This document shows positions 23,601 to 32,113 of a DNA stretch of 64,000 bases, one piece after another (positions within the stretch are counted from its first letter, which is position 1; the number at the start of each line of letters is the position of its first letter). The notes under the pieces were generated by a model. It was not told where the DNA came from. It did not search any database and was given only the letters and a program-made list of their open reading frames with translations. This DNA is from Mantamonas sphyraenae STR306 (lineage: Eukaryota > Protista > CRuMs), in contig JAPMXV010000063.1 of NCBI GenBank assembly GCA_026936335.1, positions 62,001 to 126,000 of the forward strand. The letters run 5' to 3'. The translations under genes and the position numbers were made by a program.

Positions 23601-25772
23601 CACACACGAAGACGATGCCAGACGCTCAGTATGGTCCGAGTCCAGCTTCGGTGTCGAGAAGCCCATGAATACTTCCCACTCGTCGTCCGAGGGGTCCGGC
23701 AGAATTGTGTTGATCACTGCGTCCAGTCGCGAGGCACGGTGGCCATCGTCATCGTCGTCTTGCTTTTTGTACACGTAGTCGATGGCATTGCTGGCCATTG
23801 TGTCCCAAAAGACCGCCTCGTCAGAGCTGGGTGGCGTTGGACCAAGGATGGCGGCCAGCTGTTGATTGTCGCCCACGAACACGTCCATGGAGGCATCAAC
23901 ACCCGCCTTCTTCATCGCCTTGGTCATCTTCGTGTTGAGCTTGTCGCGCACGGCTTCCTCAAGCACGCCACGCATCTTGCTGAGCCGCTCGCGCTTCCCA
24001 TTGTCGGCATGCTTCTTGCACAGGGCTTCCCACTTCTTGACCGAGATCATGTTGTTGTACATGGAAGCAGGGTTGGTGTACTCGATCTCGTCTGTGCCCC
24101 GCGCCGCTGCCACAAGGCCCTCGACACCCTCTGCCGCCACGTCAACCGTCACCGGGTACGCGTATCTGGATCCGATGTTCTCCAACGGCACATGTGATGC
24201 ATCGTGTCGCTTCATCGCCTCCCAACGCGTCCGAATCTGTTCCTTCAGGCCGTCCAGCGCGCCACGCAGGGTCTGTTCGCCTTCCAGCTGGCGCGCCTGC
24301 TCCACCACCTCTCCTGGTGGGAGCAGACGTGCCTTTCGCAATGTGTCATGGTCTGTCACGGCATAATCATTGGCGTAGGCCGCAAACAGGGATCCAATGT
24401 GTCCGCCAACACCCAGATCGACTTGGCCCAGCACATGAGGACCAGGCAGGCCACTCCAATCCAGCTCAGCTTTCGTTCCACCCGTATCGAACACGGCGTC
24501 CCATGCGTGCAATGACGTGAGGGTGTTGATCGTGCGGTCGTCGAAGCCCATTTGACACAGGTGGAACTTCACGGCAGCAAGATACTTCTGGGCGTGCTCC
24601 TGCACCAGGTCCAGGTGCTTGGAAGCAGGTTGTGTGCCCCGTGTGCCTTGCAGTAGATGTGCCACGGACTTGTCGTCCCTCAGGATCGGTTGGTAGATGT
24701 ACGTCAGCAAGCTCCCGCCGCCCGCCAGCAACTCATTCAGGCTCCCGGCATCCAGCCGCAGCATGTTCCGGCGTGGGGCTCGCACGGCTGCCTCAATGTC
24801 GCTCGACAGCAGCAACGCCGCCACGAGTGAAACCAACCGGCCGACGTGCGGCTCGACGATGGCGAAGCCAAGGCGAGGGTGCAGGAGAACAACTGGGTGC
24901 TCGGCGACGTTGTATCCCCAATCACTATCATGCAGGGTGATCACAAAGGTGACGTGTTGAAGTTGGTTGTACAAACGCACCAGCTCATTCTTGACGTCGT
25001 CAGCCAGACATGCACCGGGGTTCTCATTCACCTTGTCGTTGCCACACTCGTACACATCGTGCTGGGAACACAGGTGTTTTACAGCATGATAGACAGCAAC
25101 CTGCGCCTGTCCAGTCAAACTCAACGTATGCCCCTGTGCTAGTGTCTTCAAGTCGGCCTTCTCCCGTTTCAACTTGCGCAACGTCTTGCTCATGGTCGCC
25201 ACATGCGCCAGCGTGTTCTCCATGCGCCGCAGGTGCGTGCCGAAGCTCACTGACTGGGCCTGCTCATCGAGAAACTCGGGCTTCAGATCGCAGACGAGCA
25301 CGTACCTGACATTCGCATTCCGAAGGTCCACCCGCAGTTCTGTGGCCGCTTTCTCAGCCTCGACACATCGTGTAACCAGTTCACGCACCTTGTCTTCGGG
25401 TACGTCTGACACGCGGGCCGCCTCCTCCACGACCGTGTGGACCACGGAGCTAACGTCAACCAGCACTTTCACGTCGCCTTCCAGCTGAGTCATGCCTTGC
25501 TCAAATTCGATACCGTAGGTTGCCAAGATATCTTGCTGTCGCCTCGCCTTGCCATTGCCTCCTTGTCGCCCGTGGGCCAATTGGACCGACTTGGTCCGAT
25601 TGAGTCGGTTTCCGTTTTTTGCCCTCCTGCGCTTTCCTTGGACGTCTTGCGACCGGGCTGTACTCCTCATCCTCACTGTCCTCCTCATCATCGCTGTACT
25701 CCTCATCCTCGCGGTACTCCTCATAGTCGCCGTAAACCAATTCCGTGTCCATAGCCGCCTGAGCGGCTGCAA
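20601..25772 (-). CDS. Giant Fanzor/TnpB-family nuclease (>=1,723 aa) with N-terminal FEN1/XPG-like PIN domain; true start uncertain
   Basis: RuvC-I FLAMDPG (D1424), CIGDG, VVRVNECNTT (E1624), zinc finger CPTC...CERC, RuvC-III HRNRDFASAQAI (D1663). N-terminal motifs VLVD106, VLVCD162, LADD258-259, ITLHD282SD284, LLLSSD325. Confidence 0.85.
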   Translation of the reverse strand: MQPLRRLWTRNWFTATMRSTARMRSTAMMRRTVRMRSTARSQDVQGKRRRAKNGNRLNRTKSVQLAHGRQGGNGKARRQQDILATYGIEFEQGMTQLEGDVKVLVDVSSVVHTVVEEAARVSDVPEDKVRELVTRCVEAEKAATELRVDLRNANVRYVLVCDLKPEFLDEQAQSVSFGTHLRRMENTLAHVATMSKTLRKLKREKADLKTLAQGHTLSLTGQAQVAVYHAVKHLCSQHDVYECGNDKVNENPGACLADDVKNELVRLYNQLQHVTFVITLHDSDWGYNVAEHPVVLLHPRLGFAIVEPHVGRLVSLVAALLLSSDIEAAVRAPRRNMLRLDAGSLNELLAGGGSLLTYIYQPILRDDKSVAHLLQGTRGTQPASKHLDLVQEHAQKYLAAVKFHLCQMGFDDRTINTLTSLHAWDAVFDTGGTKAELDWSGLPGPHVLGQVDLGVGGHIGSLFAAYANDYAVTDHDTLRKARLLPPGEVVEQARQLEGEQTLRGALDGLKEQIRTRWEAMKRHDASHVPLENIGSRYAYPVTVDVAAEGVEGLVAAARGTDEIEYTNPASMYNNMISVKKWEALCKKHADNGKRERLSKMRGVLEEAVRDKLNTKMTKAMKKAGVDASMDVFVGDNQQLAAILGPTPPSSDEAVFWDTMASNAIDYVYKKQDDDDDGHRASRLDAVINTILPDPSDDEWEVFMGFSTPKLDSDHTERLASSSCVVELGSLEKLRNAALINARSVEELDAMAHAFGLIVAIQCDLLECGLLEPSKDLENVLSACLQLKVGRIYLKPPSEMEITCEATPKLSEFPKYISVTADLVLRRQPSGGVVAEYLDELAPEEARCGIDLRCLPSGAFTALCQRGAALVLTSWKVMLINQAVDNLVDLVVASNGDVERRDVLAVVKRLHKGVDDKEDTDAQDTPTSKACEHAVATVLREVVGLSVDKYKALMCNDPSDSGADSHVCAYELARECQSTRKLYPVKQSLHHQLAVEREKLFGRWALSALCDGLLDVCWEGKEDTMLAWSILCGAVTSSPGACSSEGEYFPPPCPHCVAGGPCDCAVGSWLRGAKLAGNGQHVHALRASFAWHMVKIGEENGSSHLFSRDAIKAMQVCASRCANGTARVVTHNEDHNIIPGEDMGTYTDPLLLAAFNVFAVLDPMHAPRISKTPFINDGHLSIRLFSAVHALHVRHWQVPAGPGQRRLYYLEHLILPDERLSLFPTLRACLNLLRNPTATSLSDTKPVDDAQLLRFLKGNVGFLEDAPLAERAQSSPFLSHSKPRYNFAIHGKGALEGTSTRCCDKDAHTEDQGNQRRLIERVAAVTILLCQVAMYVAAHQHRERGKEVEDPHEADGDGATQTQTEAVHKLLRKWLPQSADKIIALKLCPESMEHSRRPHGVVSSFSRLIPLSSKANARLQFLAMDPGISNAPSALYIPRTELVENHNVLHFADAWRFSPPSLGAMERRTGIKRDNALLSATVREKMQELRSKRSGLFVDVHTAARAGRVVKSQCSGKILESEQGSSAQFNEGCSQRGDSKTHDRREQKRRIRKMREQWLAQVRATEKMQLELEEGQVRGITLMEEGQLRRITLLCIGDGFKGGRGGVKKLEELAKHNMIVVRVNECNTTLRCPTCGSVHKSKHGSDRTARVKYCERCEMHRNRDFASAQAIANKVFAALRGHTIWCMTKVWQRSQIGRTFRSKIGLPENVDGEAQNLEANSSAG

Positions 25773-25858
25773 ACATCCTGACGCTTCCTACACCTCCCTC
25801 CACCTTCAAACTTCGGCGTGGCCCTTGCACGTCCACCACAGTCTCCCCGGGCGCTTAC

Positions 25859-26068
25859 ACCAAGCACACACACATCACAGAATCGTTCTTGCAGTCCCAC
25901 GCCATTGTCACAATGAACAGAAGCACAGACGTGGCGGCGCGAACGCTTCATTCCGGACCGCTCGGAAACCGAAAGGCCGTCCTCACCGTCGTTGTCAAGG
26001 GCGATGTTGCTGTGGCTACGTTTCCGTTTGTCATTATGCTTTGAATGCTTTGCGTGGTGTTCGCTCAT
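25859..26068 (-). CDS. Probable first exon of the transposon gene (70 aa: basic NLS-like stretch, CxxxxC...CxxC)
   Basis: ATG at 26068, MSEHHAKHSKHNDKRKRS...CASVHC...FCDVCVLG, then GTAAGC donor at 25858; TTTGCAG acceptor at 25767 joins in phase 0 to the long ORF. Confidence 0.5.
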
Positions 26069-26254
26069 TGTGCGCGTTTTCTTGCCCCCTGTGGCGCAGC
26101 TTGTTTGGCGTTCGGTCCTCCATCTGCAGGCCATACGGGCCAAATACAACGAGCACAGCCCCATGACACACAAATGCAGGCGCCATGCCAAAGGTGGAAT
26201 GAACAAACTTCAGAAAGGGGATTTTCATTGGCAACGGGGTTTGCGGCGCGAGGC

Positions 26255-26276
26255 TCAACTTGACCCGAATTCACTG
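26255..26276 (-). repeat. Right terminal inverted repeat (reverse complement CAGTGAATTCGGGTCAAGTTGA)
   Basis: 16/22 identity to the left TIR; same CAG terminus and TCAA-N-TTGA palindrome. Confidence 0.8.
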
Positions 26277-26974
26277 TAGTCTCGGCGCAGATGTCGACGC
26301 CACCGACTCTGTGCAACGCACCAGTCTCCACATTGCTGCACAACGTGGTCACATGGACTGCGTGCGCATGTTGTTGCAGTACGGGGCATCCACACACTCT
26401 GTAGATGCCCAAGGGCAGACGCCGCTGCTGAGAGCCGTCGGCTGGCAGCAAGTGGCCGTGGTGCTCGCCCTTCTGCTGTGTGGTGACGCACAGAAGGACG
26501 CATGCAATGCATACGGGGTGAATGCATTGCTGCTGGAGGATGACTTTGTCGATCACGCCCTCCTGGTGGAGCAACAGAGCCTCGAACGGTGGTGGGATCC
26601 CTTCCGGGACCAGCTGCACGGGTTGCCCATCCATTGGAGCCCACAACGGCATTGGATGATGGACAAGGAGATCGACATGCGTGTGGAGATGGCACTGATG
26701 CTGTGTGAGGCCAGTGACGAGTGTGATGAGCGAGTGCAACTTCGGCTCGCCTCGTTTTGCGCCTGGACATGAAGATATCACTGATCATGCATTGTCAAAA
26801 TGACAATCTGGTTTTGTTCACTCATCCCCATGGCATGTGTGCTGTGTCCTCGTCCACGTGAGTGGTGCTGCGACGCTGCGAGGGTGCCACGTCGGCAGGG
26901 AATTCTGAGCTCTGCCTGGCCACGAAACCAAACGCACTGGCGTCCCACACACACACACACACACTCTCTCTCTC

Positions 26975-27469
26975 TCAGTCGTTGTGGTTGTCTGCATCGT
27001 TGGCCTTGGGTTCTTCGACCTTGTACAGGTGGCTGTTCATGAGGAAGTGGTCGTGGGAGATGAGGGCAGTGACGAGGGTGATGAGACACATGATGGTTGT
27101 GGGCAGGCACAGGGTGCCCATGGGCCACACCATGAGCACGAGCTGCATGAGAGCAAACGCAGCCAGGCCCCACGTGCTGAGGAGCACAATGGCAGGCATG
27201 CGAGAGACAATGAGCTGGTAAATGTGGCCAAAGAGAAAGATGGAGTTGTTGCTGATGGTCCACGAGTGCTCGCCTCCCACCAGCTTGGCCATGACGTTTT
27301 CCCAAGGATGGGCCAGTGTGGTGGCACATGACATGCCAAAGTAGTCACACAACGCCGCATAGTCTTCGCTGCTGCCCAGGTTGCTCTTGACCCACACGCA
27401 ACTCAGGCACAGCAGCACACACATAACGTTGGCAATCACAAGGTCCGAATTGCCCGATGCAAATGCCAT
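26975..27469 (-). CDS. Small multi-pass membrane protein, unknown function (164 aa)
   Basis: ATG at 27469 (MAFASGNSDLVIANVMCVLL...), several hydrophobic segments, host-like codon usage. Confidence 0.6.
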   Translation of the reverse strand: MAFASGNSDLVIANVMCVLLCLSCVWVKSNLGSSEDYAALCDYFGMSCATTLAHPWENVMAKLVGGEHSWTISNNSIFLFGHIYQLIVSRMPAIVLLSTWGLAAFALMQLVLMVWPMGTLCLPTTIMCLITLVTALISHDHFLMNSHLYKVEEPKANDADNHND

Positions 27470-27580
27470 GGTTGTTTGTTCGTTTGCAAGGAGAGGATGA
27501 AAAGGGTGTGTGTTGGTGGCAGGGGTGGGGGTTTTCGTTGTTTGCCCCGTGGCACCCAACCCACCCCCCAAGCGTTTCCC

Positions 27581-30200
27581 ATGAGCAGCGACGATCAGGT
27601 GACGCCCGTGGTATTGGAACTGGACGAAGAAGACGAAGAGGACACCGAGCCGGAGGAGATCTCCGAGGTGGACGACGAGGTGGCTGCTGCAATGGCCACA
27701 GAGCCGCTTGTGGAGGAGGATGAGGCGACCCAACAGCCGTCCTCGTCCTCGTCCTCGTCTTCTTCCTCCGCCACCAATGCAGGCGAGGGAGACGACGCAC
27801 AACGAAGCAAGGCATACAACCTGCACGCTCGCCCCAACCAACGCCTGCAGTACAGCGGCATGAGCGAGTCGCCTGTGCACAGCAAGAGCTTCTCCCTGCC
27901 GGACGTGAACGACACCGAACCCATGGCTCCTTCCGACATCACCAAACGCGACCGCAACGGAACCGAGGTTGCCCAGCTCACCACAGACGACTTTGCACAG
28001 TTGAGCAAGGACACACTGGAGAAGCTCTACCAGCACGCTGCCGATCTGTTGGCCCTCCACGTCCAGCAAAACTACGACCAGCTGGTGCAGGCCTCTGAAG
28101 AGGGCGTCGAAGTCGCCCAGGTGCCAGACATCTCCATCAACATGCTCACTCGTGACGACGAAGCCTCCAATGTGCCTGTACGTAAGCCTCTGAGCCTGCC
28201 TCCTGTCTGCCTTGCCCTCCCTGCTTCCCTCGAGGCGCTGCCCAAAGAGGGGAAAAATTTCTCCCATGCCCAAATGCCCTGAGCTCGCTCTCCCCTCGCC
28301 CCCGCGCGCCTCCTACCGCGCACTCAGCGCCCCGTGCGCTTGCAACACACCCGTAGCCGCGATCACACACCCGTTTCTCGTCGTTGAGTGTCATTTTCCT
28401 GTGCGAGTGTGAGCTGTGGACCGGCCACGGCGCGTGAAAGCCCGGGTCCTGACCCAAGCCGAAATCGCTCACATTCGCCACCGATCCACCCCTTCGTCTG
28501 CCCCGCCCGCAAAATCGTGCACGTTACAGAAACTCAAGTCGTGGCTGCTGTCCAACCTGCTGGTGACACTGCCTGCAACGACGATGACGCTGGAGAAGCA
28601 GATGGAGGAGCTGCAGGCGGACGAAACGATTGCAACGGAATCGCTGCACGAGGCCGACTATGCGCTGTTGCTGGATCTTGTGTGCCGGGAGTTGCGCAAG
28701 GTGCTGGTGTCTCTGAGCGAGGCGGCCATTGAGGCGGTGCTGTTTACACTGGAATCGGTGCAGAATGTGGAGGACAAGGAACACTTTAGCCAGCTGGGAC
28801 GACGGTTGTCGCGACTGTACCGTCGTGCGCGTCTGTTCAACTCGATCACACGCAAACTGTTCCCCAACGACCCGGAACGGCACCAGGTGAGCGTGGCACG
28901 CATGTACCACGGTGTTGTGATCACCCTGCTGTCCAAGGGAGTGATCAGCAAGGCCACGCAGGATCGGTTTGACGCAGACCTGGAACGCAACTCGGCCTGG
29001 ATTTGGGATCCCAGCGAACCCAAGTCGCGCCACTACATGCACTTGCAGATGATGATGGACGACTTTGTGTTGCCCGTGCAGATGCTGGACAAGTTCCCGT
29101 ACAAGGTGTACGACGGCGAGTGGGGTCTGTGGGCCATTGTGGAGGCCTACGCGGGCATGGTGATCGACGTCTCCCTCAAGTGGGTCAATTGCTTCGCCCA
29201 GAGTGCGTCGAGCATGGCCAACACGGAGGAGTGGCGCGCCTCGTTTGAGGAACTCACGCAGATCGACGTCAACACGGCGTTGACCTGGCTGCACGACAAG
29301 GAGCGTGAGGTGGACCACGAGATGGAACATGTGCTCCAGAAGCTCATGGACTTTTCGCCCTTCCTCATGAAGATCAACACGCTGTACGTGGTGAGCAACT
29401 CGGTCAGCAAGTACCTCAACCAGGTCCTCGACCGCTACCGTGCCAAGATGGAGCAGAGCGAAGACGGCCAGGCGGCCATCAAGAGCATCGAACGACAGAT
29501 CACTGTGGCGCGCAGAAGTATCCAGATGAAGATGACGGATCTGCTGTGCTTCCTGTACGAGGCGACGGTGAGCGGTCTGGAGTCGGTGCTGGTGGACATG
29601 CTCAAGACCAAGTGGAGCATCAGCAACCTGTTCTCAGACAAGGAAGATAAGAAGCAATACTCGTGGGACATGGTTTCGCAGGTGGTGCTGCCTGTGATCA
29701 CCTACCTGGACAGCTCGGTCATCTGGATCATCGAGCCGCTGTACAACGAGGTGTTTACCCAGCTGTTTGAGATGCTGTGGAAGTCCACCGTGCGCACGCT
29801 GGGCAAGATTGTGCTTGGCGAACACGAGGATATCAAAGAGGTGCAGGAGAAGCAAAACTCCATCATCACCGCCCTCCTCTCCCCGGAGTACACCTTTTCC
29901 CTCAGCCGCTACTTTGACGCCGAGGGCAAGGGTGTCGCCATGGAGCGTCTCGAACGCGACCGCAAGCGCATCCTCAAGTGTCTGGAGTGGAACACGGCCG
30001 ACACGGAGATTGTTGTTGCCGATCTCAAGGAATCCCAGGAGCGCCTTGTGGCCCTCGACGAGACCCAAGAGGCACAACGCAGCCATGAACGCGTCCTTCT
30101 CGAGGCTGGCATCAAGATCCTCACCCAGCGCAAGGGCGATGCCAAGGCCTCTGCCTTTGTCGACAGTGTGGAGGTCGACAGCGGCAACGAGCGAGCGTGA
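27581..30200 (+). CDS. MUN (Munc13-homology) domain protein with acidic N-terminus, 1 intron
   Basis: Helical protein with MHD2-like segment LPVITYLDSSV...EVFTQLFEMLWKSTV...LSRYFDAEGKGV and KILTQRKGDAKASAFV. Confidence 0.65.
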
Positions 30201-30308
30201 TTTGCAAATGGATGGGAAATTGTTGAATTGAATCCGTGTTCAAGTTTGTGTGTGTGTGTGTGTGTGTCCTTCGTCTTTTGTGCTTTCTGCTTGTGTGGAG
30301 CCCCTCAT

Positions 30309-32023
30309 TCACACCAGCTCACTGGTGCGTGAGCTGCGCGAGCTGGACGAGTCGAGTTCGGTGATGGGAGATGAGCCAATAAAGACAGACATGGGTCGGT
30401 CACGTCCGCCGCTTGTGCTCTTCTTCTTGCTGGTTGCACTGCCGAGGGTCGATTCCGTGGCGAAGCTGCGGTGCGCCTTGAAGGCATCGATCCAGGCCTG
30501 GTGTTCCTCTGCACAGTCTGCTTGGAATTCCCACAGCCGTGTTTGGGTTTCCACGTCGATGGCATGCTTCTTCTTGCCCGCACGGATCGTGGCGTACGTC
30601 AGCGAGAACGACCCCTGCGGGTCGCCTCCCTGGTCTTTGTAATAAAAACACATGCCCGAATCCACTCGGATATACCTTTTCTGCCACTTGCGCATCAGCG
30701 AACCACTCTGGCCGCCCAACTTCTTCAGGAAGCCCTCCCTTGCCTCTGGTCGAGCCACCTCCTCCTCCACGCCGTCCAGGCTCTCTTTCGCATTCCCACT
30801 GTTGCTACTGCTCGACGATGTCCGCTGCTGCTGTGCCTGTGAGTGGCGTGTGTGTCATGTGTATCCACCTGTGCGTCAGTACGTGTGCGTCTACCCGTGT
30901 GTGTGTCCCTGCATGCCAGTCCACGCGGCCCTAAACGAGCCGTGGTCCTCCAAGGCAAAAAAAGGCGGATCCCGCCGCAAACTGGGCCAAAAAGAGGCAA
31001 AAAATCGCCTCGCCCACCCTCATGCTCACCTCCATTTCGCTGCGGATGTCCTCAGACATCGACCTGCCCAGTTCTCCATCGCCTCCCTGCAGCAGTTTGC
31101 CGTTGATCATCTCGCTGCTGGCTCGGCCGCGGTTGTTTGCGTCTGCCAACCGTGCGGCCAGGCTGCTCACGTCCTGCGACCCGCTGCGCATCTTGTCGTT
31201 GCCCCCACCCAGCTGTGCACTCAGAATGGCCTCTTGCGACAAGCCAGCCTCCTTCATCTTGCTCTGCAGCTCCGCATGCGCCGACTCTGATGTCGATGTC
31301 GATGTCGACGACGATGCGTCGCCGCCGATGATCGAAGTCGACGGCGTTGCGCTGCGCTTTGTCGTCGCCGTCGCCAATGCCTCTTCCACCGCCGCACGCG
31401 TTGCCGCCTGTTTCTTACGCCACGCCTGTTTGCCAATCACCCGCACCCCTTCGGGCTCCAGCCATGTCTTCTTCCGTGTCCCTGTGTGATAATAGAAAGG
31501 CAGGTTCTTGCGCGTCCTGTCATGTAACCGCACCCAGCAGCCCTGTGTGCGTTATGTGTGTGTGTGTGTATGGGTGGGTGTGCATGCGTATGTGTGTATG
31601 TGTGCATACATGCATGCGTGTGTGTGTGTGTGTGTGTGTGTGTACGTGTGTGTGAGCGCTGGTCCGTCACCTTTGCTGCGTTTGGTCATTTTTTGCCGCA
31701 GAAGACCCTCTGCGGGCGTGTCTGTGGCCGCAGGGCCTGTGTGTGGCGTTCCCATGTGCCCATGCCGTGTGAAACACACTCACCTGTCTGTCGCTGGAGT
31801 ACACCAGTGTGTTTTTGCCGCCGTCCAGGCTGAGATAGGTGCCTGGCACGTACCCGGTCAGCTCCTCTGCGCCGTGGCCGTTCTGCACAGGTCGAGTCAC
31901 CTTGACCCACCCGCTGTCCTTGATGTCCAGCACCGTCACACGGTCGCCCTTCAACACGGGAATGCAGGACCAGTGGCCCTTGGCAACATAATCGTGCACC
32001 ACCAATGCCTCCTTGTTGGACAT
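30309..32023 (-). CDS. SH3-WW-PH adaptor protein (spliced)
   Basis: SH3: ALVVHDY...KGDRVTVLD...GWVKV...GYVPGTYL. WW: WVRLHD...PFYYHTGTRKKTWLEP. PH: REGFLKKLGG...WQKRY...FQADCAEEHQAWIDA. Confidence 0.8.
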
Positions 32024-32113
32024 TGCGGAGCAGAGACGGCGGGAAAGCGTTGCCTCGCTAATCGCTCACCTGTGCCCAAAACAAACGGCCCCTTTTCCTT
32101 CCCACCCACCGCC

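Larger units (their letters stand above)
20458..26276 (-). mobile_element. 5,819-bp TIR DNA transposon with TA target-site duplication (Tc1/mariner/IS630-like ends) carrying a giant Fanzor
   Basis: Flanks TA(20456-57)|CAG...CTG|TA(26277-78); imperfect 22-bp TIRs; precise interruption of a host gene; largely lacks the host's CA-rich introns. Confidence 0.9.
20310..26772 (+). pseudogene. Ankyrin-repeat gene split by the transposon (5' part 20310-20457, 3' part 26279-26772)
   Basis: Removing 20458-26278 gives ...CAG TTG TTG CTT AGT CTC GGC GCA GAT, i.e. TGLLVACKVGMADTAQLLL-SLGADVDATDSVQRTSLHIAAQRGHMDCVRMLLQYGA..., continuous in-frame ankyrin repeats. Confidence 0.9.

Noticed and set aside
20601-25772. 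Cas12 of a CRISPR system or bacterial contamination
   Set aside because: No repeat-spacer array or cas genes; the ORF sits within a TIR element inside a eukaryotic gene.
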